NCBI GenBank assembly: GCA_934446465.1
Contig: CAKSEF010000004.1
Coordinates: 1 to 56,883, forward strand
Direction: 5' to 3'
From: an uncultured Oscillospiraceae bacterium
Lineage (GTDB): Bacteria; Bacillota; Clostridia; Oscillospirales; JAAYXM01
DNA length: 56,883 nucleotides
This document shows, piece after piece, positions 1-7,977 of this stretch (its first letter is position 1; each line of letters begins with the position of its first letter). Under the pieces are notes generated by a model. The model ran no database searches, was not told the origin of the DNA, and saw only the letters and a list, made by a program, of their open reading frames with translations. A program made the position numbers and the translations under genes.

Positions 1-219
1 ACAGTGCTTTTTAACAACCTATATGGAATTTGTGATGGGTTAGTTTTCTGCATAGACTCATCGTATAGCTTTTGGAGCACCCGACCCTGTGTCGATATTT
101 GGGTCAGCAGTCTGAAATCGACAGAAAGAGAAAGTCGTCAAAGCAAAAGTGCTTCGCCGAAATTTTTGTACCTATTTTGTTACTAATACATATTGCACAC
201 CAACATAGCGCAACATACA

Positions 220-250
220 GCAAAAACACCACAATATGTTATGGTGTTTT
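220..250 (-). terminator. Rho-independent terminator downstream of tRNA-Ser
   Basis: Minus-sense stem AACACCA / TGGTGTT (242-248 pairs with 225-231) followed by TTTTG. Confidence 0.5.
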
Positions 251-255
251 CAATT

Positions 256-347
256 TGGCGGAGAGAGAGGGATTCGAACCCTCGATACCTTTATAGGGTA
301 TACACGATTTCCAATCGTGCGCCTTAGACCAGCTCAGCCATCTCTCC
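256..347 (-). tRNA. tRNA-Ser (anticodon GGA), encoded CCA end
   Basis: Reverse complement reads GGAGAGA...TCTCTCC-G-CCA acceptor. Anticodon stem-loop is CACGA-TTGGAAA-TCGTG (GGA). It has a long variable arm ATACC..GGTAT and a T arm GAGGG-TTCGAAT-CCCTC. Confidence 0.9.
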
Positions 348-384
348 ATACAAAATATTATATTGTCTCAAACGAACCTCATAT

Positions 385-413
385 ATTATACCCATAATCA
401 GGTCCCACGTCAA
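385..413 (-). promoter_or_regulatory. Sigma-A type promoter for tRNA-Ser
   Basis: Minus-sense TTGACG (413-408), 17-nt spacer, TATAAT (390-385), about 30 nt upstream of the tRNA 5' end. Confidence 0.6.
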
Positions 414-422
414 GACCTTTTT

Positions 423-467
423 CAAAAATTCAGCCGCAAAGGACGCATTTTATAACGTCCTTTGCGG
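423..467 (-). terminator. Rho-independent terminator after rplL
   Basis: 12-bp stem CCGCAAAGGACG / CGTCCTTTGCGG (434-445 / 456-467) followed in minus sense by AATTTTTG. Confidence 0.7.
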
Positions 468-487
468 ACAAAACTTTTAAGTCTTAA

Positions 488-868
488 TTACTTAAGTTCT
501 ACCTTTGCGCCGGCTTCTTCAAGCTTAGCCTTCATTGACTCAGCCTCATCCTTGCCTACACCTTCCTTAATAGCCTTAGGTGCGCTCTCAACGAGTTCCT
601 TTGCTTCCTTAAGACCAAGACCTGTGATTTCACGAACAGCCTTGATAACATTAAGCTTTGCACCGCCGACATCAGCGAGAACAACATCAAAATCAGTCTT
701 CTCAGCAGCTGCGCCTGCATCTGCACCGCCTGCAGCAGGAGCTGCAACTGCAACAGCAGCAGTAGCGGATACACCGAACTCTTCCTCGAGAGCCTTTACG
801 AGCTCATTAAGTTCTAAAACAGTTAAACCTTTTACTTCTTCAATGAAATTTGTAATCTTTTCAGACAT
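488..868 (-). CDS. rplL: 50S ribosomal protein bL12 (L7/L12)
   Basis: [33 protein letters not shown], Ala-rich hinge, C-terminal ...[23 protein letters not shown]. Confidence 0.97.
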   Translation of the reverse strand: MSEKITNFIEEVKGLTVLELNELVKALEEEFGVSATAAVAVAAPAAGGADAGAAAEKTDFDVVLADVGGAKLNVIKAVREITGLGLKEAKELVESAPKAIKEGVGKDEAESMKAKLEEAGAKVELK

Positions 869-919
869 GTTTTTTACCTCCTAAATTAAATTGTAACAAA
901 AACTTTTGTTATCGATAAA

Positions 920-1471
920 TTACTCAGCAGCAGGAGCGGACTCTTCCGCAGGTGCTGCTTCAGCGATTGACTCCTCACCGTTCTTATCGGCAATAGCCTT
1001 AAGCACAAGAGCGAGACCGAATATCGGAGACTGCAAGCTTCCGACAAGTTTTCCGAGAAGGACTTCTTTGCTCGGAAGAGCTGCAAGAGCCTTAATCTCG
1101 TCAACTCCGACTACCTTTCCGTCCATGAAGCCGGCTTTGATGTTATAAACATCGTCATTTTTCTTTGCATACTCAGCAACGATTTTTGCAGGAGCAATTA
1201 CATCGTCAGCAGAGATAGCGAGAGCTGTAGTTCCCTCAAGAACATCGCAAAGTCCTTCAAGACCTGCTTCCTTAGCCGCAAAGCGGATAAGAGTATTCTT
1301 AATAACTCTGTACTCTACATTGCTCTTACGCATATCTGCGCGAAGCTTCGTATCGTCAGCAACGGTGATGCCCTTATAATCAACAAGAACACCGCTGCTT
1401 GCGTTCTTCATCTTCTCGACGAGTTCCGCAACGAGCTGTTTCTTCTCTTCTAAAACCTTTGCACTCGGCAT
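920..1471 (-). CDS. rplJ: 50S ribosomal protein uL10
   Basis: MPSAKVLEEKKQLVAELVEKMKNASSGVLVDYKGITV... Internal ATG chosen because GGAGGTGAAATT RBS precedes it. The longer tracked ORF runs into the leader hairpin. Confidence 0.95.
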   Translation of the reverse strand: MPSAKVLEEKKQLVAELVEKMKNASSGVLVDYKGITVADDTKLRADMRKSNVEYRVIKNTLIRFAAKEAGLEGLCDVLEGTTALAISADDVIAPAKIVAEYAKKNDDVYNIKAGFMDGKVVGVDEIKALAALPSKEVLLGKLVGSLQSPIFGLALVLKAIADKNGEESIAEAAPAEESAPAAE

Positions 1472-1627
1472 AATTTCACCTCCGTATAGTTTTAATATAA
1501 AAACCCATGCGTCAAAAGACACATGGGTTCAAATTACAATACAACAGTGTTATAATTTGCTCCTCGGCAGGCCCTTTCGGATTATATCGCAAGGCGCGAA
1601 ACCTACTGTCTTAAGAACGCAACAAGC
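1472..1627 (-). promoter_or_regulatory. rplJ leader (L10-leader-like) with terminator/attenuator hairpin
   Basis: About 150-nt leader between a consensus promoter and the rplJ RBS. Hairpin AACCCATG/CATGGGTT (1502-1509 / 1522-1529) is followed in minus sense by TTTTTATATT just upstream of the RBS. Position matches the L10(L12)4 autoregulatory leaders of Firmicutes. Confidence 0.55.
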
Positions 1628-1656
1628 ATTATATCAAATTATGACAAATTTGTCAA
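1628..1656 (-). promoter_or_regulatory. Sigma-A consensus promoter for rplJL
   Basis: Minus-sense TTGACA (1656-1651), 17 nt, TATAAT (1633-1628). Confidence 0.65.
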
Positions 1657-1668
1657 GTCTTTTCTGAA

Positions 1669-2364
1669 TTAGCCAAGCATTTTTGCTACGTTGACTTTAA
1701 TTCCGGGGCCCATTGTTGATGCAACAACGCAAGAACGGATGTATGTTCCCTTTGCGGCAGCCGGCTTAGCCTTAATTACCGCTCCGACGATTGTATTGAA
1801 GTTCTCGGCGAGCTTAGCAGTACCGAAAGAAACTTTACCAATCGGACAGTGGATAATATTGGTCTTATCAAGACGGTACTCGATTTTACCTGCCTTAAGA
1901 TCATCAATCGCTTTTGCCACATCCATAGTAACCGTTCCGGCCTTCGGATTCGGCATGAGTCCCTTAGGACCGAGAACCTTACCGAGACGGCCTACAAGAC
2001 CCATCATGTCAGGAGTTGCGACAACTACATCGAAATCGAAGAAGTTTTCGCCCTGAATTCTGGAAACAAGGTCCTCTGCGCCGACTATGTCGGCACCTGC
2101 CGCCTCTGCTTCCTTTGCTTTATCGCCCTTTGCGAAAACGCAAACGCGAACCTTTTTACCTGTTCCGTGCGGAAGAACAACCGCACCGCGAACCTGCTGG
2201 TCGGCATGGCGGGAGTCAACGCCGAGCTTTACATGAAGCTCAACCGTCTCATCGAACTTTGCCTTACCAAACTTTTCCATGAGTGCAAATGCTTCCTCAG
2301 CTTCATATAAAGCCGAACGGTCAAAGAGCTTTGCACTGTCTGTATATTTTTTACCTCTACGCAT
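1669..2364 (-). CDS. rplA: 50S ribosomal protein uL1
   Basis: [31 protein letters not shown]...[28 protein letters not shown] before this ATG. Confidence 0.95.
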   Translation of the reverse strand: MRRGKKYTDSAKLFDRSALYEAEEAFALMEKFGKAKFDETVELHVKLGVDSRHADQQVRGAVVLPHGTGKKVRVCVFAKGDKAKEAEAAGADIVGAEDLVSRIQGENFFDFDVVVATPDMMGLVGRLGKVLGPKGLMPNPKAGTVTMDVAKAIDDLKAGKIEYRLDKTNIIHCPIGKVSFGTAKLAENFNTIVGAVIKAKPAAAKGTYIRSCVVASTMGPGIKVNVAKMLG

Positions 2365-2455
2365 TGTGTTACCTCCTTGTGGTAAGTTTCGGGGCCGTAA
2401 GTTTTCGACACCCTCCCACGTTAGTGCGGCGCATTGCGCCGTTGACAATCAGTTA

Positions 2456-2881
2456 TTATTCCTCGACCGTGATACCCATGCTTCTGCATGTTCCCGCAAT
2501 CATGCTCATTGCTGTTTCGACAGAAGCGGCATTGAGGTCGGGAGCCTTCATTTCAGCAATCTTCTTAAGGTCTTCCTTGCTGATAGAAGCAACTTTTGTC
2601 TTGTTCGGTACACCGGAACCGCTCTCAATCTTGCAAGCTTTCTTGATAAGTACGGAAGCCGGAGGAGTCTTTGTGATGAACGAGAACGAACGGTCAGCAT
2701 AAACTGTGATAACAACAGGGATTATAAGACCGATATCATTCTTTGTGCGCTCGTTAAACTCCTTTGTGAACTGAACGATATTAACACCGTGCTGACCGAG
2801 CGCAGGACCTACAGGGGGCGCCGGAGTTGCCTTACCTGCGGGAATCTGAAGCTTAATAAAACCTACTACTTTCTGTGCCAT
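2456..2881 (-). CDS. rplK: 50S ribosomal protein uL11
   Basis: [35 protein letters not shown]... AGGAGGTG RBS. Confidence 0.96.
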   Translation of the reverse strand: MAQKVVGFIKLQIPAGKATPAPPVGPALGQHGVNIVQFTKEFNERTKNDIGLIIPVVITVYADRSFSFITKTPPASVLIKKACKIESGSGVPNKTKVASISKEDLKKIAEMKAPDLNAASVETAMSMIAGTCRSMGITVEE

Positions 2882-3033
2882 TCTAAGCACCTCCTAAATA
2901 AAATGTGGTAGATGGCGGCGCACTGCCTGCGGAGATTAAGAAGCATCTCTCCAAAAAAGCAACGCCTCCCACGCCGAGCAGAATTATCACTGCCCGAAGT
3001 TATGCAAAAGCGCAAACGCGCCCGCATGCGTAA

Positions 3034-3561
3034 TTAATTCTCGTCGATTGGCTCGACCTGGTCGGGTTCCAATTCAACAGGGGTTTCTCTGCCGAACATT
3101 GAGACGATAACCCTGATTTTGTTTTTATCAAGGGCAATTTCATCAACAATACCGGTAAAGTCTTCGAGAGCGCCGTCAATAATCTTGACATTGTCTCCCT
3201 CTTTGTAATTGATGACAAGCTCGTGCTTTTCGACCCCGAGGCTTGCAACCTCTTCCTCGCTTAAAGGCACCGGTTTGCTTGCCGGTCCGACAAAGCCGGT
3301 AACTCCGCGGGTATTGCGGACAACGTGCCAGCTTTCATCGGTCATGACCATTTTCACAAGAACATATCCCGGGAAAATTTTGCGCTCAATTTCTTTCTTT
3401 GCGCCGTCTTTCACTTCTACTACTTTTTCGACGGGAACGTTCACGGCATAAATCAGGTCATGCAGTTTTCTGTTCTCGACCGCTTTCTCGATAGTAGTGG
3501 CAACCTTGTTCTCATAGCCCGAATATGTGTGGATGACATACCACTTAGCGTTTCCAGCCAT
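3034..3561 (-). CDS. nusG: Transcription termination/antitermination factor NusG
   Basis: MAGNAKWYVIHTYSGYENKV... (NGN domain), C-terminal KOW ...GDNVKIIDGALEDFTGIV. Conserved secE-nusG-rplK order. Confidence 0.95.
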   Translation of the reverse strand: MAGNAKWYVIHTYSGYENKVATTIEKAVENRKLHDLIYAVNVPVEKVVEVKDGAKKEIERKIFPGYVLVKMVMTDESWHVVRNTRGVTGFVGPASKPVPLSEEEVASLGVEKHELVINYKEGDNVKIIDGALEDFTGIVDEIALDKNKIRVIVSMFGRETPVELEPDQVEPIDEN

Positions 3562-3574
3562 CTATACCCCTCCG

Positions 3575-3775
3575 TTACAGCTTGAGGAGCAGAGCTACGC
3601 CTGAAGTGAGCACCCAATCCATGATTCCGATTATAACAGCTACAACCGCGCAAACGGCAAGAACGACACAAGTGTTCTTATAAACCTGTTTGGGCGTAGG
3701 CCATACGACCTTTTTGAGCTCGCTTTTCATCTCACGAAACCATGTTCCGAAACTACGCTTGTTATTCTCTGCCAT
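3575..3775 (-). CDS. secE: Preprotein translocase subunit SecE
   Basis: 66 aa, ...ELKKVVWPTPKQVYKNTCVVLAVCAVVAVIIG single TM. Position between rpmG and nusG. Confidence 0.85.
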   Translation of the reverse strand: MAENNKRSFGTWFREMKSELKKVVWPTPKQVYKNTCVVLAVCAVVAVIIGIMDWVLTSGVALLLKL

Positions 3776-3817
3776 AAATTTGCACACCCTTTCGTTTTAA
3801 TAAAAGAAAAAACGTTG

Positions 3818-3967
3818 TTACTTCGTTTCCTTATGAAGAGTATGCTTACGGCAGAACGGACAGTGCTTACGAAGCTCCAGTCTATCCGGAGTATTCTTCT
3901 TTTCTTTCATCGTGTCATAATTTCTGCGTTTGCACTCTTGGCAAACCAACGTAATCTTTGTTCTCAT
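3818..3967 (-). CDS. rpmG: 50S ribosomal protein bL33 (zinc-ribbon form)
   Basis: [49 protein letters not shown], 49 aa. The tracked longer ORF is a stop-free leader extension. Confidence 0.93.
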   Translation of the reverse strand: MRTKITLVCQECKRRNYDTMKEKKNTPDRLELRKHCPFCRKHTLHKETK

Positions 3968-4105
3968 AACGGCACCTCCAAAAAATAATTTGCCTCCCTG
4001 ACGGCTTCTGTCAAAGCCTTGCGGAAAGTTCTGATTTTCCCGCACGGGTCTGATTTATGCGCATGAAAAACTGCACAAAAAATAAACCCTTCACAGGTAA
4101 TATAG

Positions 4106-4135
4106 ATTTTACCACAAAATATAGCGTCAGGTCAA
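4106..4135 (-). promoter_or_regulatory. Candidate sigma-A promoter for rpmG-secE-nusG
   Basis: Minus-sense TTGACC (4135-4130), 18 nt, TAAAAT (4111-4106). Confidence 0.45.
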
Positions 4136-4160
4136 GCCTTTTTTCGCATTTTCTTGTTTT

Positions 4161-6074
4161 TTATTCCAATTCAAACATACCCGTGTACAACTGATAGTAT
4201 TTTCCGCCGAGTTTTATAAGGTCCTCATGCGTTCCGCGTTCAATTATTTTCCCGTGTTCAAGAACCATTATTGCCCGGGAATTGCGAACGGTAGAGAGCC
4301 GATGTGCTATTACAAACACGGTTCTCCCCTCCATTAGCTTATCCATTCCCTTTTCAATGAGTGCTTCCGTCCTCGTGTCTATTGAGCTTGTTGCCTCATC
4401 GAGAATAAGCACGGGAGGGTCGGCAACGGCGGCACGCGCGATTGCAATAAGCTGTCTCTGCCCCTGACTTAAGTTGACTCCGTCAGACGTCAAAACAGTG
4501 TTATAGCCGTCCGGAAGGTGCATTATAAACGAGTGGGCATTGGCAATCTTTGCCGCACGGATTACATCTTCATCGGTAGCTTCAAGATTTCCGTATCTTA
4601 TATTCTCCATTACGCTCTCAGTGAACAGATGCGTATCCTGAAGCACCATTCCGAGCGAACGGCGCAGGTCGCTTTTTCGTATTTTGTTGATATCTATTCC
4701 GTCATACAGTATTCTCCCGCTCGGGACATCATAGAATCTGTTAATTAAGTTTGTAATAGTGGTTTTTCCCGCTCCGGTCGAGCCTACAAAAGCGATTTTC
4801 TGACCGGGCTTTGCATACAGCGAAATTCCGTCGAGAACTATTTTGTCTTCCGTATAGCCGAAAACGACATTCTCAAAACGTACATCCCCGCGCACCTCGG
4901 TATAAGTTATCGTCCCGTCGTTATGCGGATATTTCCATGCCCAAGTCCCCGTGCGCTTTTCTGTTTCTGTAAGGCTTCCGTCCTCTGCACGTTCGGCATT
5001 TACAAGCGTTACATATCCCTCATCCTGTTCGGGTTTCTCATCGATAAGCGAGAATATACGTTCTGCACCCGCGAGCGCATTAATTATAGAATTGAACTGC
5101 TGGGACAACTGTGATATCGGATTTGCAAACGTTCTCGTATACTGCAAAAACGAAGCAACACTTCCTATATCCAGCACAAGAAACGGCATTGCCGCTCCAA
5201 GGCTTGTTCCCGCCATCAAGGCGAGGCATGCACCGGCTGTTGCGGTTATTGCATAATTTATATACGAAATATTGTTCATAATAGGTCCGAGAATGCTCGC
5301 ATAGGTATTTGCATTTGAAGCGGCGTCGAACAATTCGTCATTAATTTTAGCAAAACGTGATTTTGACTTATCCTCATAGCAGAATACTTTTATAACCTTC
5401 TGTCCCTCTATCATTTCTTCGATATAGCCGTTGACCGTTCCAAGTGCGCCTTGCTGTTTCTTGAAGTACTCTGCGCTCTTGCTGCCGATTCTCTTTATAA
5501 TATAGAGAATCAGCACCAACATTATAAGAATAAGGATGGTGAGTACGGGACTTATGACTACCATCATGACAAAAACCCCGATTATCGTCATAAGTGATGA
5601 AAACATTTGCGGTATTCCCTGACTCAGCATCTCGCGCAGTGTGTCCGTATCGTTTGAGAAACAGCTCATTATTTCGCCGTGTGTATGGGTATCATAATAT
5701 TTAATCGGCAGGCTCTGAAGCTGTTTGAACATATCTACACGGATTTTTCTCATGACTGCCGTTGAAATATTCAGCATAAGACGACTGTAAACATATGAAC
5801 CGATAACTCCGACTACATACACGAGCCCCATTTTTGCGAGGCTTTTTATAAAGCTTGCCTTGTCGAAGTATCCGGTTTTGACACCTTCTTCTATTCCGTT
5901 AATAATCGGTTTCAGGTAATAAGTCCCGACAACTCCGGCAAGTGAGCTGAGCATGATACCTACAAAAACGAAAATAAGCATCACTTTCTGCGAACCCATA
6001 TATTTCAGTATTCTCAGTACTGTTCCTTTTGCATCTTTCGGCTTTTGAAAGCCTCGTTTCATTCTTCCGGCCAT
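4161..6074 (-). CDS. ABC exporter, fused permease/ATPase subunit (consensus-NBD partner of a heterodimer)
   Basis: N-terminal TM helices. Walker A GSTGAGKTT, signature LSQGQRQ, Walker B LILDEATS, H-loop IAHRLS. ATG sits 1 nt after the stop of the upstream paralogue. Confidence 0.9.
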   Translation of the reverse strand: MAGRMKRGFQKPKDAKGTVLRILKYMGSQKVMLIFVFVGIMLSSLAGVVGTYYLKPIINGIEEGVKTGYFDKASFIKSLAKMGLVYVVGVIGSYVYSRLMLNISTAVMRKIRVDMFKQLQSLPIKYYDTHTHGEIMSCFSNDTDTLREMLSQGIPQMFSSLMTIIGVFVMMVVISPVLTILILIMLVLILYIIKRIGSKSAEYFKKQQGALGTVNGYIEEMIEGQKVIKVFCYEDKSKSRFAKINDELFDAASNANTYASILGPIMNNISYINYAITATAGACLALMAGTSLGAAMPFLVLDIGSVASFLQYTRTFANPISQLSQQFNSIINALAGAERIFSLIDEKPEQDEGYVTLVNAERAEDGSLTETEKRTGTWAWKYPHNDGTITYTEVRGDVRFENVVFGYTEDKIVLDGISLYAKPGQKIAFVGSTGAGKTTITNLINRFYDVPSGRILYDGIDINKIRKSDLRRSLGMVLQDTHLFTESVMENIRYGNLEATDEDVIRAAKIANAHSFIMHLPDGYNTVLTSDGVNLSQGQRQLIAIARAAVADPPVLILDEATSSIDTRTEALIEKGMDKLMEGRTVFVIAHRLSTVRNSRAIMVLEHGKIIERGTHEDLIKLGGKYYQLYTGMFELE

Positions 6075-6075
6075 A

Positions 6076-7803
6076 TTACTCCACCACCCTCTGCTGAGAT
6101 TCATAGACTTCGCGGTAAATCTCATTACTTTCGAGAAGTTCCGCGTGGTTTCCTATGGCATCAATCTTTCCGTCATTGAGCACTATTATTCTGTCGGCAT
6201 CGCTTACGGAAGTTATTCGCTGTGCGATTATTATTTTTGTCGTATCCGGGAGCTCGTTCTTGAATGCTTCCCTTATTTTTTTATCTGTCGCAGTATCGAC
6301 CGCACTTGTACTGTCGTCAAGAATTATTATCTTGGGGTTTTTAAGCAACGCCCTTGCGATGCACACACGCTGTTTCTGTCCTCCCGACAGATTTACGCCG
6401 CCCTGCCCGAGATATGTGTTATACCCATCCGGCAAGGTTATTATGAAATCGTGTGCGGCCGCCGCACGGCACGCCGTTTCGACTTCCTCTTCGGTTGCGT
6501 TTTCATTTCCCCAGCGCAGGTTCTCGATTATCGTTCCCGAGAAAAGCACATTATTCTGGAGTACCATTGCAACGGAGTTTCTCAGCACATTGAGTTCATA
6601 ATCCCTAACATCGGAACCGCCGACCGAAACAGCTCCTGATGTTACGTCGTAAAGGCGCGGTATGAGCTGTACGACGGATGTTTTCCCCGAACCGGTTCCG
6701 CCGATTATCCCTATTGTCTCGCCCGACATGATTTTAAAATTCATATTCTCAAGGGCACAGTTATTTATATCTCCCGAATATGAAAAGCATACGTCTTCGA
6801 ACTCTATTTCCCCGTTATCAACGCTTTTTTTGCCGTTTTCGTTATTTTTAATCGTTATATCTTCTTGCAGAACCTCACAGATACGGGTAACAGAGGCGCG
6901 CGACATGACTATGCCGACAAAGCACATAGACAAACCCATCAGTGCCATAAGTATTTGTGTGATATAGCTTATAAAACTTATAAGCTCACCCGTAAGCATT
7001 CCGCCGACCGCGATGAGGTTTCCGCCGAGATACAATACCGTTATGATACATGCGTACATAACAATCTGCATTATAGGCGCGCTGAAAATCAGAATATGCT
7101 CTGCCTTGCGCTGGGCATTCTGAAGCGTGAGTGCCGCTTTTTCAAATTTCTCGTTTTCGTACTCACCTCTGTCAAACGCCTTGACAGCCCTTATTGCTAC
7201 CAAGCTTTCCTGAACCGTAGAGTTCATAGAGTCGTACTTTGCAAACATCTTTTTAAAAAGCGGGTATGCCTTTGCTCCTATGAACAACAGTCCGACCGCA
7301 AGGATCGGGATTGCAAAAAGGAACACCCGCGCAAGCTCTCCGTTAATTGACACAGCCAGGATTGTTGCGCTTACAAGCATGACAGGTGAGCGAACCATCA
7401 TACGTATCACCATCATAAATGCGTTTTGCACAAACGTTACGTCTGTCGTAAGTCGCGTAACAAGCGATGCCGTGCTGAATTTATCAACATTCGCAAACGA
7501 AAAGTCCTGTATCCTGTCAAATAGTCTTTTCCTTACATTCTTGGCAAATCCCGTGCTGGCGACTGAGGCATATCGCCCGGAAAGGACACCTGCGGCGAGC
7601 GAGAACAGCGACATCACAATCATGAGTATACCGACTTTTACGATATATCCGACACCGCCGTTCCCGTTAATTCCGACATCTATTATCCTTGACATCAGCA
7701 ACGGGATGAATATTTCTATAATCACCTCAACAGATATAAAAATCGGCGACAGTATCGCAGGTTTCTTATATTCGCCGACGCACTTCAAAAGCTTTCTCAG
7801 CAT
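6076..7803 (-). CDS. ABC exporter, fused permease/ATPase subunit (degenerate-NBD partner)
   Basis: Walker A GGTGSGKTS, signature LSGGQKQR, Walker B IILDDSTS (Asp in place of the catalytic Glu), H-loop IIAQRIT (Gln in place of His). GGAGGACATAAA RBS. Confidence 0.9.
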   Translation of the reverse strand: MLRKLLKCVGEYKKPAILSPIFISVEVIIEIFIPLLMSRIIDVGINGNGGVGYIVKVGILMIVMSLFSLAAGVLSGRYASVASTGFAKNVRKRLFDRIQDFSFANVDKFSTASLVTRLTTDVTFVQNAFMMVIRMMVRSPVMLVSATILAVSINGELARVFLFAIPILAVGLLFIGAKAYPLFKKMFAKYDSMNSTVQESLVAIRAVKAFDRGEYENEKFEKAALTLQNAQRKAEHILIFSAPIMQIVMYACIITVLYLGGNLIAVGGMLTGELISFISYITQILMALMGLSMCFVGIVMSRASVTRICEVLQEDITIKNNENGKKSVDNGEIEFEDVCFSYSGDINNCALENMNFKIMSGETIGIIGGTGSGKTSVVQLIPRLYDVTSGAVSVGGSDVRDYELNVLRNSVAMVLQNNVLFSGTIIENLRWGNENATEEEVETACRAAAAHDFIITLPDGYNTYLGQGGVNLSGGQKQRVCIARALLKNPKIIILDDSTSAVDTATDKKIREAFKNELPDTTKIIIAQRITSVSDADRIIVLNDGKIDAIGNHAELLESNEIYREVYESQQRVVE

Positions 7804-7923
7804 TTTATGTCCTCCGTCTTCAAATGCAAAAGTTTTAAGCAGTAAATTACAGCCTATCATATTAATGTTATACTCCAAATTTTATAAAGTCAACAGATTT
7901 GGGATAAATTTACAAACAATTTA

Positions 7924-7961
7924 AAAATCGGTTCGACGGCAAAACACCGCGAACCGATTTT
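7924..7961. terminator. Bidirectional-looking terminator hairpin after ispH-S1
   Basis: AAAATCGGTTCG / CGAACCGATTTT arms (7924-7935 / 7950-7961) flanked by A- and T-runs. Confidence 0.65.
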
Positions 7962-7977
7962 TCGACTTAATACCTAA

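Noticed and set aside
2279-2911. 210-aa and 139-aa plus-strand ORFs
   Set aside because: They are antisense to rplA and rplK, with no start context and no recognisable motifs.
2882-3033. Possible L1-binding autoregulatory leader upstream of rplK
   Set aside because: Some hairpins are present (GGAGA..TCTCC), but I cannot match them to a defined motif by eye, so it is left unannotated.
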